Sequence record: OZ035782.1
Direction: 5' to 3' (one strand)
Source: Felixounavirus LF110P2
Length of the DNA stretch: 64,000 nt
Shown here one piece after another: positions 29,094 to 39,142 of the stretch. Made by a program: the position numbers and the translations under genes. Each line of letters begins with the position of its first letter. Position 1 is the stretch's first letter. Under the pieces are notes generated by a model, which saw only the letters and a list, made by a program, of their open reading frames with translations, was not told the DNA's origin and did no database searches.

Positions 29094-29105
29094 ACAGATA
29101 CTATA

Positions 29106-29133
29106 AGGGGACTGTAAAGGTTCCCTTTTTATT
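29106..29133 (+). terminator. putative terminator
   Basis: GGGGAC..GTTCCC hairpin plus TTTTTATTTT. Confidence 0.45.
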
Positions 29134-29144
29134 TTGGAGATGAT

Positions 29145-29660
29145 ATGTATCTGTCAAACCTGAAACGTTCGGTTGCAATGTCAGTTCTAAGACTCAGCTT
29201 TGATGAGCGTCAAGAATTTATAGACTCCCACAAATATGACCCTTCAAATTCTAATCACATGGTTCTTTGGAATCGTGATAACTTCCGTGAAAGAGCACTT
29301 GTCCGTTATTACCCACACTACACAATAGATAACCTGTATGAATGGTGTGTTGTTAAGAACACCATTGCAACACTGAACAATCTTTGCAGGTATACGGGTA
29401 AGCAAACATTTACACTAGGCCACCACAAACCTGTTACAAAGGGTGGTGAGCATCACTGTGCAAACTGGTTTATCCAGACTAAACTTGATAACCAGAAGCA
29501 AGGAGATAACCTTCTAAGCACACCTAAGATGACCTATGAAGAGCAAGAGAAATATATCAAAAACAATATGCCAGATGTGCTTGACAACAACTATACAGAT
29601 TTGGCAATATCTCTCTTGTTGAAGTTCGAGACAGTTTATAGGGCAACTTATAATGGCTAA
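29145..29660 (+). CDS. HNH endonuclease
   Basis: GHHKPVTKGGEHHCANWFIQTKLDNQKQGDN HNH-type signature. Confidence 0.55.
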   Translation: MYLSNLKRSVAMSVLRLSFDERQEFIDSHKYDPSNSNHMVLWNRDNFRERALVRYYPHYTIDNLYEWCVVKNTIATLNNLCRYTGKQTFTLGHHKPVTKGGEHHCANWFIQTKLDNQKQGDNLLSTPKMTYEEQEKYIKNNMPDVLDNNYTDLAISLLLKFETVYRATYNG

Positions 29661-29931
29661 AGAGAAGTGGGAGATTTTACCATTAGTCAGTGAAGGTGGT
29701 AATGGTTGTGAGATGTACATGATACGTGGTCATGTTCCAGAACCAATTGCACTTGAGATGGTAAACAACTTTACAGATGGCTCTTACAAAGACTTAGGAG
29801 AGCCAACTATAAAGCAGCAATGGGTAAAGCCTGTACCAGACAGCACAGGTAACTGTAGTGTACTTTATCACGTTGTAGACCCTGCAAAATGCAAATCTGC
29901 AATGGCAGTAACAAACGTAACTTTTGATTGA
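29653..29931 (+). CDS. hypothetical protein
   Basis: 92-aa ORF. Confidence 0.35.
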   Translation: MAKEKWEILPLVSEGGNGCEMYMIRGHVPEPIALEMVNNFTDGSYKDLGEPTIKQQWVKPVPDSTGNCSVLYHVVDPAKCKSAMAVTNVTFD

Positions 29932-29942
29932 GAGAGAAAACT

Positions 29943-30824
29943 ATGAAAACATCTATCCGTGTTACAGTTCATTCACCAACTAAAGGGACTCATGAAGAAG
30001 AGTTTAACATCGTCCAATTCCCTTCTGGTGAGATTGGTGGACACTTTTCGCCAGAGTTTGTTGATTTTACTGCTTATGCAGCATCATCTATCAACAATGT
30101 GATTATGATTGTAAAAGGTTATGATAAAGATACATTGTTTGCTGTGGCACTTGCTAAAGAGGCGGTGGATAACTTAGTACCTCATAAGTTTGCTATGAAG
30201 ACCATTATCTTTTACTATTTGCCAAATGCACGTTATGACCGTCACATGTTTAAAGGTGATGCAGCAGCTTTGAAAGTGTTTGCACAACAGGTTAATGCAA
30301 TGGGTTTTGATGCAGTCTGTGCAGTTGACCCTCACAGCTATGTACCAGATAACCTGTTTAACTGCTTCCAGAGTATTCCTCAAAAGGAAATTGCAGTCCA
30401 CTATGCAAATGACCCACTGATTGATTACTTAGTAGCCCCAGATGCAGGTGCTGCTAAGAAGATTGCAGAGACTGCTAAAGAGGTGGATAAACCATACATC
30501 ACAATGTCTAAAGTGCGTAACCTTAAGACTGGTGAAATTACTGGTATGCGAATCCTTGATGATGTTGATTTGACAGATAAAACCGTCATGATTCTGGATG
30601 ATATCTGTGATGGTGGTCGAACCTTCATAGAAGCAGCGAAACATCTTCGTGAAGCAGGTGCAAAACGTGTGGAACTTTATGTAACACATGGTATCTTCTC
30701 TAAAGATGTTGAAAACCTTCTTGACAATGGTATCGACCATATTTACACTACAAACTCTTTAGGCGAAGCTAAAGACCGTGGCTTAACACATTACAGTCAA
30801 GTTACTGTAGCAAACCTTGATTGA
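29943..30824 (+). CDS. prs: ribose-phosphate pyrophosphokinase (PRPP synthetase)
   Basis: PRPP-binding motif VMILDDICDGGRT; directly upstream of NAMPT; start moved to Met 29943. Confidence 0.65.
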   Translation: MKTSIRVTVHSPTKGTHEEEFNIVQFPSGEIGGHFSPEFVDFTAYAASSINNVIMIVKGYDKDTLFAVALAKEAVDNLVPHKFAMKTIIFYYLPNARYDRHMFKGDAAALKVFAQQVNAMGFDAVCAVDPHSYVPDNLFNCFQSIPQKEIAVHYANDPLIDYLVAPDAGAAKKIAETAKEVDKPYITMSKVRNLKTGEITGMRILDDVDLTDKTVMILDDICDGGRTFIEAAKHLREAGAKRVELYVTHGIFSKDVENLLDNGIDHIYTTNSLGEAKDRGLTHYSQVTVANLD

Positions 30825-30832
30825 AAGTTTAT

Positions 30833-30854
30833 AGGGGCTTAAAAGCCCCATTTT
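30833..30854 (+). terminator. putative terminator/attenuator hairpin
   Basis: GGGGCTT-AAA-AGCCCC followed by ATTTTG. Confidence 0.4.
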
Positions 30855-30869
30855 GAGAGAGATTAAAAG

Positions 30870-32651
30870 ATGACTAAATCACTTTATGCAGTACCAGCAG
30901 GTTTAAACGCAGATGCTTACAAATCTGGTCATGTTTACCAGTACCCTAGTGCAACAGAGTACTTGATGTTCAACCTGACACCACGTAGTGACAAATGGTT
31001 TAACAGCCCCTTAGCAATTGATGGTGTAGTAGCTTTTGGTATTCAACGTTTCGTTAAAGATTACTTGATAGACCACTGGAACGCCACTTTCTTTGAACGT
31101 GATAAAAAAGAAGCCATTGATGAAATCTTAGAAGTCATGAATGGTGTTCTGGGTAAAGATGCTATCGGTCGAGAGCATTGGGAAGCACTTCACGACTTAG
31201 GTTATCTACCAGTTGAAGTATACGCTGTAGAAGAAGGCACAGTTGTTCCAATGCGTGTCCCGATGATTGTCTTTCAGAACACTGTTTCAGGTTTTCATTG
31301 GGTAGCGGGGTATCTGGAAGATGCTTTCTCTGCTGAAATTTGGAAGGCTTGCACCATTGCAACTATTGCATTGCATTACAAACGCATCTGTAAGAAGTGG
31401 GCTGACCTTACTTGTGACAATGACTTACATTTACCTTATCAGTGCCATGATTTTGCTATGCGTGGTATGTCCGGCTTTACTGATGACGCATTTAACGCTG
31501 TAGGTCACTTAACCAGCTTTAAAGGAACTGATAGCTTCCCTGCTGTGTATACGGCTAAACGAATCTATGGACAGTCCTACCCAATCTCTGATATTGGTAG
31601 CTCTGTACCAGCCACTGAGCACTCTGTAATGTGTGCAAACATTGCTTGGAAAGGTGGCAATGAGTTGATTGAAGAAGAAAGACGCTTTAAAGGTGAGTTA
31701 CAAACCTTCCGTCGTTTCTTAACAGAAACTTACCCAACTGGTATTGCAAGTGTTGTTTCAGATACTTATAACTTCTGGAGAACTGTGTCAGAAATCTTAC
31801 CAGCACTCCGTAAAGAAATTATGGAACGTGATGGTAAACTGGTAATTCGTCCTGACTCTGGAGACCCTGTACATATTGTCACAGGTTATAAAGCAATCCA
31901 CTTAGAGTGTGCTAAAAAGGCTTATTATGAGCACCTAAGCAAGCTGGAAGCTAGTGACACAATGCTGAATGCTGTTCTGAACATGAAGCTTGAAAACATC
32001 AACTATGGTATTGCTGGATGGCTACTGTCAGAAGGCTACGAAATGGTTGTTGACAGAGAAGACTTTGAAGCTGCTGATACGGTGCTGTTGAAGAATGCTT
32101 ATATGGTTGGCTCTGCAAACGTTGTAACACGTCCTGTAGCGGAGATTGATGGAGCTATTAAGACACTGTACAACATCTTTGGGGGAACTATTAACTCTAA
32201 AGGGTTTAAGGTACTGGATGAGCACATCGGCCTTATCTATGGTGACTCTATCACACTGGAACGTGCAAACGAAATCCTGAAGCGTCTGTATGAAATGGGT
32301 TTTGCAAGCTCTAACGTAGTGTTTGGTGTAGGCTCTTACACTTACCAGTACATGACTCGTGACACCTTTGCATTTGCTGTCAAAGCAACTCTTGCAAGCA
32401 TTGGTGGTAAAGAGATTATGCTTGCAAAAGACCCTAAAACAGATAGTGGTGTTAAGAAATCTGCCTTTGGTGGTGTAGCACCTATGTGGGATGGTGATAA
32501 GCTGAAAGCTGTAGATGGCTATGGGTTCCAGAGTTTTGCAGATGTACTTGACCACCCAGCTTGTGCCTTACGTTTAGTCTTTAGTGACTCTGAGCAGTTC
32601 GGTTACACAACTCTTGGTGATATTCGAAATAATATTGACAAGCAGCTTTAA
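30870..32651 (+). CDS. nadV: nicotinamide phosphoribosyltransferase
   Basis: Conserved NAMPT blocks DAYKSGH, HDFAMRG, FKGTDS, VPATEHS, VVSDTYNFW, IRPDSGDP. Confidence 0.85.
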   Translation: MTKSLYAVPAGLNADAYKSGHVYQYPSATEYLMFNLTPRSDKWFNSPLAIDGVVAFGIQRFVKDYLIDHWNATFFERDKKEAIDEILEVMNGVLGKDAIGREHWEALHDLGYLPVEVYAVEEGTVVPMRVPMIVFQNTVSGFHWVAGYLEDAFSAEIWKACTIATIALHYKRICKKWADLTCDNDLHLPYQCHDFAMRGMSGFTDDAFNAVGHLTSFKGTDSFPAVYTAKRIYGQSYPISDIGSSVPATEHSVMCANIAWKGGNELIEEERRFKGELQTFRRFLTETYPTGIASVVSDTYNFWRTVSEILPALRKEIMERDGKLVIRPDSGDPVHIVTGYKAIHLECAKKAYYEHLSKLEASDTMLNAVLNMKLENINYGIAGWLLSEGYEMVVDREDFEAADTVLLKNAYMVGSANVVTRPVAEIDGAIKTLYNIFGGTINSKGFKVLDEHIGLIYGDSITLERANEILKRLYEMGFASSNVVFGVGSYTYQYMTRDTFAFAVKATLASIGGKEIMLAKDPKTDSGVKKSAFGGVAPMWDGDKLKAVDGYGFQSFADVLDHPACALRLVFSDSEQFGYTTLGDIRNNIDKQL

Positions 32652-32665
32652 AAGTATATGATAAG

Positions 32666-32690
32666 AGGCTCCTACGGGAGCCTTTTTAAT
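32666..32690 (+). terminator. rho-independent terminator
   Basis: GGCTCC-TACG-GGAGCC hairpin plus TTTTTAATTT. Confidence 0.55.
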
Positions 32691-32704
32691 TTCTGGAGAA
32701 GACT

Positions 32705-33040
32705 ATGAAAATCAAAGAAATGAACATCAACATTGTCTTAGAAGAACGTTGGGAGAACATCAAGAAGCCTGAAGATGGCCATAAGTTTCTTAACAAAATT
32801 TTAGTAGCAGCTAAAGAAGAACTAACTGGCAAGGTCGCAGCAGCAATTACAATAAAGGTCTGTGTAAAAGGTCTTCCAGATAATCACCAATTTGCACTTG
32901 ACGAGTTTAAAGAAAGCTTCTACAATCCAAACAAACAGATGCTTGAAAGTAACTTTGCAGTGTCTACAAGTATCGTCCATGACAGAAGCTTTATCCTTTA
33001 CAAGAATATGAGAGGTGAGTCATGCAAGCATATTGGATAG
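32705..33040 (+). CDS. hypothetical protein
   Basis: 111-aa ORF. Confidence 0.4.
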   Translation: MKIKEMNINIVLEERWENIKKPEDGHKFLNKILVAAKEELTGKVAAAITIKVCVKGLPDNHQFALDEFKESFYNPNKQMLESNFAVSTSIVHDRSFILYKNMRGESCKHIG

Positions 33041-33226
33041 AAATTTTACTGTCACTTGGTAGTGTAGCAGTATTTGTCTACCTCCTTTGTAAGTACTTTG
33101 CAGAGCACAAAAAATGTGACTACTGTAATGGAGAGGGGTGCATAAGGGCAGGTTGTTGCCCTATGTGTGGTGGTTCTGGTAAAATGTTTAATAAGTAATT
33201 TAACAGTAAACTAAGAGGAAAGTATT

Positions 33227-35593
33227 ATGCGCATGGTAAATGACCACGCAGAAGTGATTAAGAGTTCAACTTCTTTGGAGACATCTCAAGCACAGATTAC
33301 AATGACACCTGAAATGTTCAGTCTTCTGAGTTCTGGTGTATATACCTTTAAAGAAAGGGCAGTGATTCGTGAACTGTCATGTAACGCAGTAGATGCTCAG
33401 AAAGAAGCTGGAAAAGAGAATATTCCGTTCCATGTGCATTTACCTACTCGTTTTGAACCTTACTTTGAAGTCCGTGATTTTGGCACTGGATTGACTCATG
33501 ATAAAGTTATGAGTTTGTACCTAAACTACGGGGCTTCTACGAAGAATGACTCTAATGACTACATTGGTGCAATGGGTATCGGCTCAAAATCTCCATTTGC
33601 AATTGCTCAGTCATTCACAGTGTCTAGCTATGTTGACGGTGTTGTTAATAAGTACTCTGTTTATCTTGAGAATGGTATCCCTCAAGTAACTAAGCTAACC
33701 ACTAACCCAACAAAAGAACCTAATGGTTTAGCTGTACGTGTAGCAGTTGCTGACCACCGTATTTCAAAGTTCTTTGAAGAGGCTGGTAATGTATACTCAT
33801 ACTTTGCTGTAAAACCAGAGAGTAATGTGGAGTATAATGATATATTAGCAGATATGGATGTGATTGCTCGTGAAGAAGGTGTCTATGATGCCATGACTCA
33901 TAAGCATAGCTGGCGTTCAAGCAGCAATAGAACAGAGTTTAACGTGGTTATGGGTAATATTGCCTACCCAGTTAATATGGAGGCATTACTTGGTGATGAT
34001 TTCTTCAAAGTCTTGCCAGAATTTTTCCGTAGGAGCGTAGACCTTGTAAACATCTACATGCCTATTGGCTCAGTTGCTATTGCAGCTTCTCGTGAAGCAT
34101 TGCAGATGAATGACACGACAAAAAATGTTATCATCGAGGCTACTAAAAAGATAACTGAAGCAATTACAAAGGATGTTATCAAGAAAGTTAACAGTCAACC
34201 TACACTCATGGATGCTGCACAGGCTTATGCTGAGTTACGTTTGAACTCACGAGAGATGTTTAATGCTGTGTGTCCAAAGCTAGAGTGGGGAGGCGTTAAG
34301 CTTGATTCTCTGGAAGAAGAATTGCTAAACATTCGTCGTGGAATTATCTACGCAGAAGACGGCTCAGTCATCTATGAACGTGATGGTAAGGGTAATATTA
34401 AGGTTGACAGGAACGGAAACAATATCCCTAAAGTAGATTATCTTTATGACCCAGTTGCTTATGTTAAGTTTAACTCTTTAGAAAGTAAGATTCGTGCAAC
34501 AGCACTTTCCTACACTCAAGAGGCAAGTATGTTCAATATCTTTGGCGCAATGCGTAAAAGCCAAATTGAACAGTTTTTGTTTGTTATAAACGACCGTCGC
34601 AATAAAAATGGTACTGAGAAGACTGTAGGACGCAATCAGATTCTGCGTGGTGCATGTCGAGACTATGCCAGTGAGTCTAGTCTGTTTCACAGATATAATG
34701 GCATTGTGTTTGTATTCTCGACTGAAAAAGAGTTAGATGATTTAATCAATCTACACAAACTTGATAAAAGCTTGTTAAAGATTGTGAAAATGTCTGATAA
34801 GGAGCACCATTACCAGCGTAAAGAAGCTGTAAGGGGTGTTGTAAAACTCTGGAAAGCTGTTCCAGCAGAAGGTGTAGCTTCCTATAAAGAGGTTTCAGAG
34901 GACTTTGATACAATTGAAGAGCCTCAGCTTTACATTAAGGCAGTTGGCGACACAGTTGATGGCGAATGTTTTTGCTCATCTCCAGAAGATGTAGCCAAGT
35001 CAGTTGCTAATGTTACAGGGAAGACAGTCTATGTTTTCCGAAAAGCAAATTGGAAAAAGATACCAGAAGACTGGATTGAAGTAGATGAGAAACTCTTGAA
35101 CGACAGCTTAACTGATGTTCATTGGATTAATCATAACAGATATATGACACGCATCTACATGAATGGTGTTCTTGACCTGACAAGCAGTTGGATTATTGCC
35201 AGAAACTTTACGTTCAATAACAGGAAGATTTCTCGTGGCTATTGCTATTCACGGGATACAAACAAAACTATCTTCCTAGAAGGAAATGAAGATGCTGTAG
35301 AGGCAATGTTTGGTAAAATCCAATACGTTGCTGCACCATTTGCATACACTTATACTATTAGTGTATTAAAAACTTTGAAAGACTGTCTTGACAATGATAC
35401 AAAGCTTTACAAGAAAATTAAGAAAGCTGGTGACCGTATGGTCATTAAGGTGACAAACTACCTTTCAAAAAGAAAACAAGAAAACTTCTTGCTTTCTCAT
35501 TTGGATTGGAATAAAGTGTCACCCATCGAAGTGAGTAAGTTCTTAGGCTTTGATGTAAAATGTGTTCCAGAAGGGACTACAATTTACGATTAA
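33227..35593 (+). CDS. rIIA: rIIA-like protein
   Basis: N-terminal block FSLLSSGVYTFKERAVIRELSCNAVDAQ parallels T4 rIIA ([28 protein letters not shown]); 788 aa. Confidence 0.75.
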   Translation: MRMVNDHAEVIKSSTSLETSQAQITMTPEMFSLLSSGVYTFKERAVIRELSCNAVDAQKEAGKENIPFHVHLPTRFEPYFEVRDFGTGLTHDKVMSLYLNYGASTKNDSNDYIGAMGIGSKSPFAIAQSFTVSSYVDGVVNKYSVYLENGIPQVTKLTTNPTKEPNGLAVRVAVADHRISKFFEEAGNVYSYFAVKPESNVEYNDILADMDVIAREEGVYDAMTHKHSWRSSSNRTEFNVVMGNIAYPVNMEALLGDDFFKVLPEFFRRSVDLVNIYMPIGSVAIAASREALQMNDTTKNVIIEATKKITEAITKDVIKKVNSQPTLMDAAQAYAELRLNSREMFNAVCPKLEWGGVKLDSLEEELLNIRRGIIYAEDGSVIYERDGKGNIKVDRNGNNIPKVDYLYDPVAYVKFNSLESKIRATALSYTQEASMFNIFGAMRKSQIEQFLFVINDRRNKNGTEKTVGRNQILRGACRDYASESSLFHRYNGIVFVFSTEKELDDLINLHKLDKSLLKIVKMSDKEHHYQRKEAVRGVVKLWKAVPAEGVASYKEVSEDFDTIEEPQLYIKAVGDTVDGECFCSSPEDVAKSVANVTGKTVYVFRKANWKKIPEDWIEVDEKLLNDSLTDVHWINHNRYMTRIYMNGVLDLTSSWIIARNFTFNNRKISRGYCYSRDTNKTIFLEGNEDAVEAMFGKIQYVAAPFAYTYTISVLKTLKDCLDNDTKLYKKIKKAGDRMVIKVTNYLSKRKQENFLLSHLDWNKVSPIEVSKFLGFDVKCVPEGTTIYD

Positions 35594-35672
35594 AGTGTTT
35601 GACAAGGGGCTTCAAAGCCCCTTAAAATGGCATCACAAAATGATTTATTAACTAACAAGAGAGAGTAATAAG

Positions 35673-36782
35673 ATGACTACTAAAACTAAAGCACAGATTG
35701 ACGCAGAAATTTACAAACTGGTTAAAGAGGGCAAGCTGACTAAAACCGCTATTGCACAGAAATTTAACACCTCAACCCGTTCAGTCGGTCGTGCTGTAGA
35801 GCGTCATGAAGCAACCTTAAAAGGGAATAAGAAGGTGACTTCTACACCAGCTACGAAGACTTTGAAGCAAGTTGCTAAGACCTTTAAAAAGAAAGCTGAC
35901 AAACCAGTTGAAAAGGTTGTTAAAGATGCTGTACAGAAAGCTCCAGTAAATAAACTGCATGAAGCTATGCAGAAAGATGACAAGATTGAGTACATGATTA
36001 CTGGTGACTCTGTAATTATGACTTACGGTTCAGAGTCTGAAATTGTTGAATCTACTCATCCGAACTATCAAGAGATTGTAGTTCATGTTGTGAAAGGTGA
36101 GTTTAAGAAAGCCTTTGAACTGATGAACATTCGTAAGTCTATCGAAAACTTCACTCAGGGTGCTATCACAATCAAAGGCGACAAACTATTCTACGGTGCT
36201 GTTGAGATGCGTTCTACTCTGGTTGACCGTATTCTTCACATGATGAAGACTGGAGATAAAGGTTTCGAACGCCTTGTGATGTTCTTCGAAAAACTGATGG
36301 AAAACCCATCTAAAGATTCCGTAGAACAACTTTGGGGCTTCGTATCTCACCTTGATGTTGAAATTGATGAAGAAGGCTACATCATTGGTTGGAAGAAAGT
36401 ATCTACTCGTGAAGGCAAGCTGGTTGACTCCCACACCTACAGAGTACCTAATGATTTGGGTAACATTGTAGAAATGCCACGTTGGATGGTTGATAATAAC
36501 CGTAACGTGACTTGCTCTCAAGGTCTTCATGTTGGTGCTTGGGATTATGTTCGTTGTTTCTCAGGTGATACAATTCTGAAGGTTCGTGTCCATCCACGAG
36601 ACGTTGTATCCGTACCAACTGATTACAACGATATGAAGATGCGCTCGTCTCGTTATGAAGTTGCAGCAATCGTTGATAATCAACGTAAAGTGCTGAAAGC
36701 ATGGGATGGCAAGACTGAAGCTTTACATGTCATCGTTGGTACTGCTGGAGAACTTATCTCCCAACGTAAACGTGAAATCTAA
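35673..36782 (+). CDS. rIIB: rIIB-like protein
   Basis: 369-aa ORF immediately after rIIA, the conserved gene pair. Confidence 0.55.
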   Translation: MTTKTKAQIDAEIYKLVKEGKLTKTAIAQKFNTSTRSVGRAVERHEATLKGNKKVTSTPATKTLKQVAKTFKKKADKPVEKVVKDAVQKAPVNKLHEAMQKDDKIEYMITGDSVIMTYGSESEIVESTHPNYQEIVVHVVKGEFKKAFELMNIRKSIENFTQGAITIKGDKLFYGAVEMRSTLVDRILHMMKTGDKGFERLVMFFEKLMENPSKDSVEQLWGFVSHLDVEIDEEGYIIGWKKVSTREGKLVDSHTYRVPNDLGNIVEMPRWMVDNNRNVTCSQGLHVGAWDYVRCFSGDTILKVRVHPRDVVSVPTDYNDMKMRSSRYEVAAIVDNQRKVLKAWDGKTEALHVIVGTAGELISQRKREI

Positions 36783-36800
36783 TAAGTAATTTCTTAAAAG

Positions 36801-36824
36801 GCTGCTTCGGCGGCCTTTTTTATT
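36801..36824 (+). terminator. rho-independent terminator
   Basis: GGCTGC-TTCG-GCGGCC hairpin plus TTTTTTATTT. Confidence 0.6.
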
Positions 36825-36882
36825 TGTATTTTGTGCAGAGTGCTGTATAATTGTTGTCACGATAAACTAAACAGGAGAACCA

Positions 36883-37431
36883 ATGAAGAAATTGATTCTA
36901 GGTTTGTGCTTAATGTTTACAGCACACTTATCTTATGCAGTTGACTGCCCAGAGCTATCAATTAGCCAAAAAGTAAACATGTTAAAAGCTTACCAGTATG
37001 GTGAGAATAACATGGGTAAAGGTTGGGGTATCACTCTAGCTGCTATAGCCTTACAAGAGTCAGAGTTAGGTCTGAAGGTAGAGAATAAAAAGACACATGA
37101 TTATGGTATTTTCCAGAATCACTTGAAGACTGTTGTAAAGCGTAACAAAATTAGTCCTAATGTGGCTAAAAAGAAACTCTTAAGAGACTTTGACTATGCT
37201 GCAAAGGAAACGCACAAAGAACTTGAATTTTGGACAAAGGTGCATGGTCAGCCAAAGTCAAAGAAAACTTTACAAAAAGTTTTAGCATCATATAATGCTG
37301 GGTATTCGTACAGAATCCCTAAAGCTAAAAAATATTCTCAAGATGTCTATAACAACATGAAAGTTATCGCTCAATGTGAATTTGCAACAAACATTTCTAA
37401 GGTAAATCATGAAAAAATTAAGAAAGTCTGA
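36883..37431 (+). CDS. secreted protein, possibly lytic-transglycosylase-like
   Basis: Signal peptide MKKLILGLCLMFTAHLSYA; AIALQESELG resembles an SLT catalytic-Glu region; weak. Confidence 0.4.
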   Translation: MKKLILGLCLMFTAHLSYAVDCPELSISQKVNMLKAYQYGENNMGKGWGITLAAIALQESELGLKVENKKTHDYGIFQNHLKTVVKRNKISPNVAKKKLLRDFDYAAKETHKELEFWTKVHGQPKSKKTLQKVLASYNAGYSYRIPKAKKYSQDVYNNMKVIAQCEFATNISKVNHEKIKKV

Positions 37432-38104
37432 TGAAGTACTGTGTCATGCTTATGACTTACATCCTCATGAGTTAGGTCTTGATTCCTGTGTATGGACTCC
37501 AGAACAGTGTAGGGATTTTGAAGACACTGCAAGAGAAGTTGTATGTTCACTTGAAGAGTTTCACACATCAGAGCCAATTGTGAATGTTGTAGATAAAGAG
37601 ACTGGACAAACTATAGGGGTAAGTCGTGATAGTTTAGTCATAGTCAATAAAGACCTTGTAGAAAAAGGTAACCTCATCTTAGCAGATATTGATGGTGTTC
37701 TTACAAATTTTAATCACGAAGATTGCTCAACGGAATTGACTGATGGGTCATTCTCACAGTACACTAATCTTCTTGACTCTGTAAGAGCAAAACCAACGTA
37801 TGTTTTTAGTATTATTGATGCAATTGCTAATCATGCTGCCATTGGACTCTTGACAGCGAGAGGTGAATCTCAGAGAATACCTACTGAGATGTTTTTAAGG
37901 CATAACATAGAGCATGACTACATGCTTTTTATGCGTGGTTTTGGAACTAACTCTATAAGTGCAGAAAGTTTGAAAGTGAGGATGATTCAGTCTTGCATCC
38001 TGCCTTACTTTAATATAGTATGTTTTATAGAAGACACAGAGAAGAATGTGCAGAAGGTGAACAGAATCCTTCCACACATTAAAACCATGTTAGTTAAACA
38101 TTGA
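37409..38104 (+). CDS. hypothetical protein, possible HAD-like hydrolase
   Basis: LADIDGVLTN resembles HAD motif I (DxDGxL); weak. Confidence 0.35.
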   Translation: MKKLRKSDEVLCHAYDLHPHELGLDSCVWTPEQCRDFEDTAREVVCSLEEFHTSEPIVNVVDKETGQTIGVSRDSLVIVNKDLVEKGNLILADIDGVLTNFNHEDCSTELTDGSFSQYTNLLDSVRAKPTYVFSIIDAIANHAAIGLLTARGESQRIPTEMFLRHNIEHDYMLFMRGFGTNSISAESLKVRMIQSCILPYFNIVCFIEDTEKNVQKVNRILPHIKTMLVKH

Positions 38105-38114
38105 GAGAAAACTT

Positions 38115-38579
38115 ATGAACAATATCATTACGGTAGCACTGGACGATACGGTAAACAAATCCGCAGTAGTTCGTAAAATGATTCAAGGTAACTTTGAAGG
38201 TAAAATTTTTCGTGCTGTTAATGTAAAAGCTGATGGCAGCATTCGTGAATATCGTGCATTGTTGAACGTTAAGAAGCACGTAAAAGGTGTTGGTTCAACG
38301 ACTGCACACAAAGAAAACCTGATGACTATCTATGATATGGGTAAGGCTTCAGAGTTAGGTGCTGAAGGTATCGTTAAAGAAGGTGCTCCGTATCGCTCTT
38401 TCAATCTGGAAACTACTCTTATGCTTTCCTTTACAAGTGGTTCCAAAACAATCACTTATCTCTTTACTGATGCTGCAACGGTATCTGCTATTAAGGATAG
38501 CACTGTCAAAGCTGGCGTAGTTGCTGCTGCAAAAGCTTCTTCGATGGCTGCGAATATCCTTGCTAAAGTCCTCGGTTAA
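38115..38579 (+). CDS. hypothetical protein
   Basis: 154-aa ORF. Confidence 0.45.
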   Translation: MNNIITVALDDTVNKSAVVRKMIQGNFEGKIFRAVNVKADGSIREYRALLNVKKHVKGVGSTTAHKENLMTIYDMGKASELGAEGIVKEGAPYRSFNLETTLMLSFTSGSKTITYLFTDAATVSAIKDSTVKAGVVAAAKASSMAANILAKVLG

Positions 38580-38589
38580 GGTTAAGATA

Positions 38590-38614
38590 CAGGCTCCTTC
38601 GGGAGCCTTTTTCA
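38590..38614 (+). terminator. rho-independent terminator
   Basis: GGCTCC-TTCG-GGAGCC hairpin plus TTTTTCATTT. Confidence 0.6.
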
Positions 38615-38631
38615 TTTCAGGAGATTGTTAA

Positions 38632-38979
38632 ATGACATTTAAAGAGTTCTGTCAAGCTACTTTCATAATTGTTTTCTTAGTTGGGGCGGGTGTCTGGGGA
38701 GGGTACTCTTACAGAGACTACCAAGTTGCTGAAACTGAGCTAAACAATCAAAAGCTCATAAGTGTTGCTAAAGATGCTTATCAGGAAGGATTAGTTACAC
38801 TGAGCGCCAATTACAAAAATGATTTGAAAGATGTGCTTGCTAAGAATAAGCACACAAAAGAGGTACTAACATATGAAAAAACTAAGCCAGAGTTTTATAA
38901 TGTTTGTGTTACTGATAATTATGTCAGGGTGTTCAACGAACAAAGTGAACAGTACATTCAAAAACTCCCAAGTAAGTGA
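38632..38979 (+). CDS. i-spanin-like protein (Rz-like)
   Basis: N-terminal TM helix (FIIVFLVGAGVWGG) then charged helical periplasmic domain; overlaps a lipoprotein gene in another frame. Confidence 0.5.
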   Translation: MTFKEFCQATFIIVFLVGAGVWGGYSYRDYQVAETELNNQKLISVAKDAYQEGLVTLSANYKNDLKDVLAKNKHTKEVLTYEKTKPEFYNVCVTDNYVRVFNEQSEQYIQKLPSK

Positions 38980-39142
38980 GAGTGATAAGTACACTCAAGA
39001 AGAATCACGGTATATCATCAAAGGCAACACAGGCAGTGATGTAGCAGCAGCACTTGAGTTCTACCGTGACGGCTTTTACCAGTGTACAATTAAAGCTAAT
39101 AACCTTATTGACATGATTTTATTAGGGAATAAGCAGCAATGA
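38873..39142 (+). CDS. o-spanin-like lipoprotein (Rz1-like)
   Basis: Signal peptide with lipobox IIMSGC; starts inside the 3' end of the preceding gene in a different frame. Confidence 0.5.
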   Translation: MKKLSQSFIMFVLLIIMSGCSTNKVNSTFKNSQVSESDKYTQEESRYIIKGNTGSDVAAALEFYRDGFYQCTIKANNLIDMILLGNKQQ

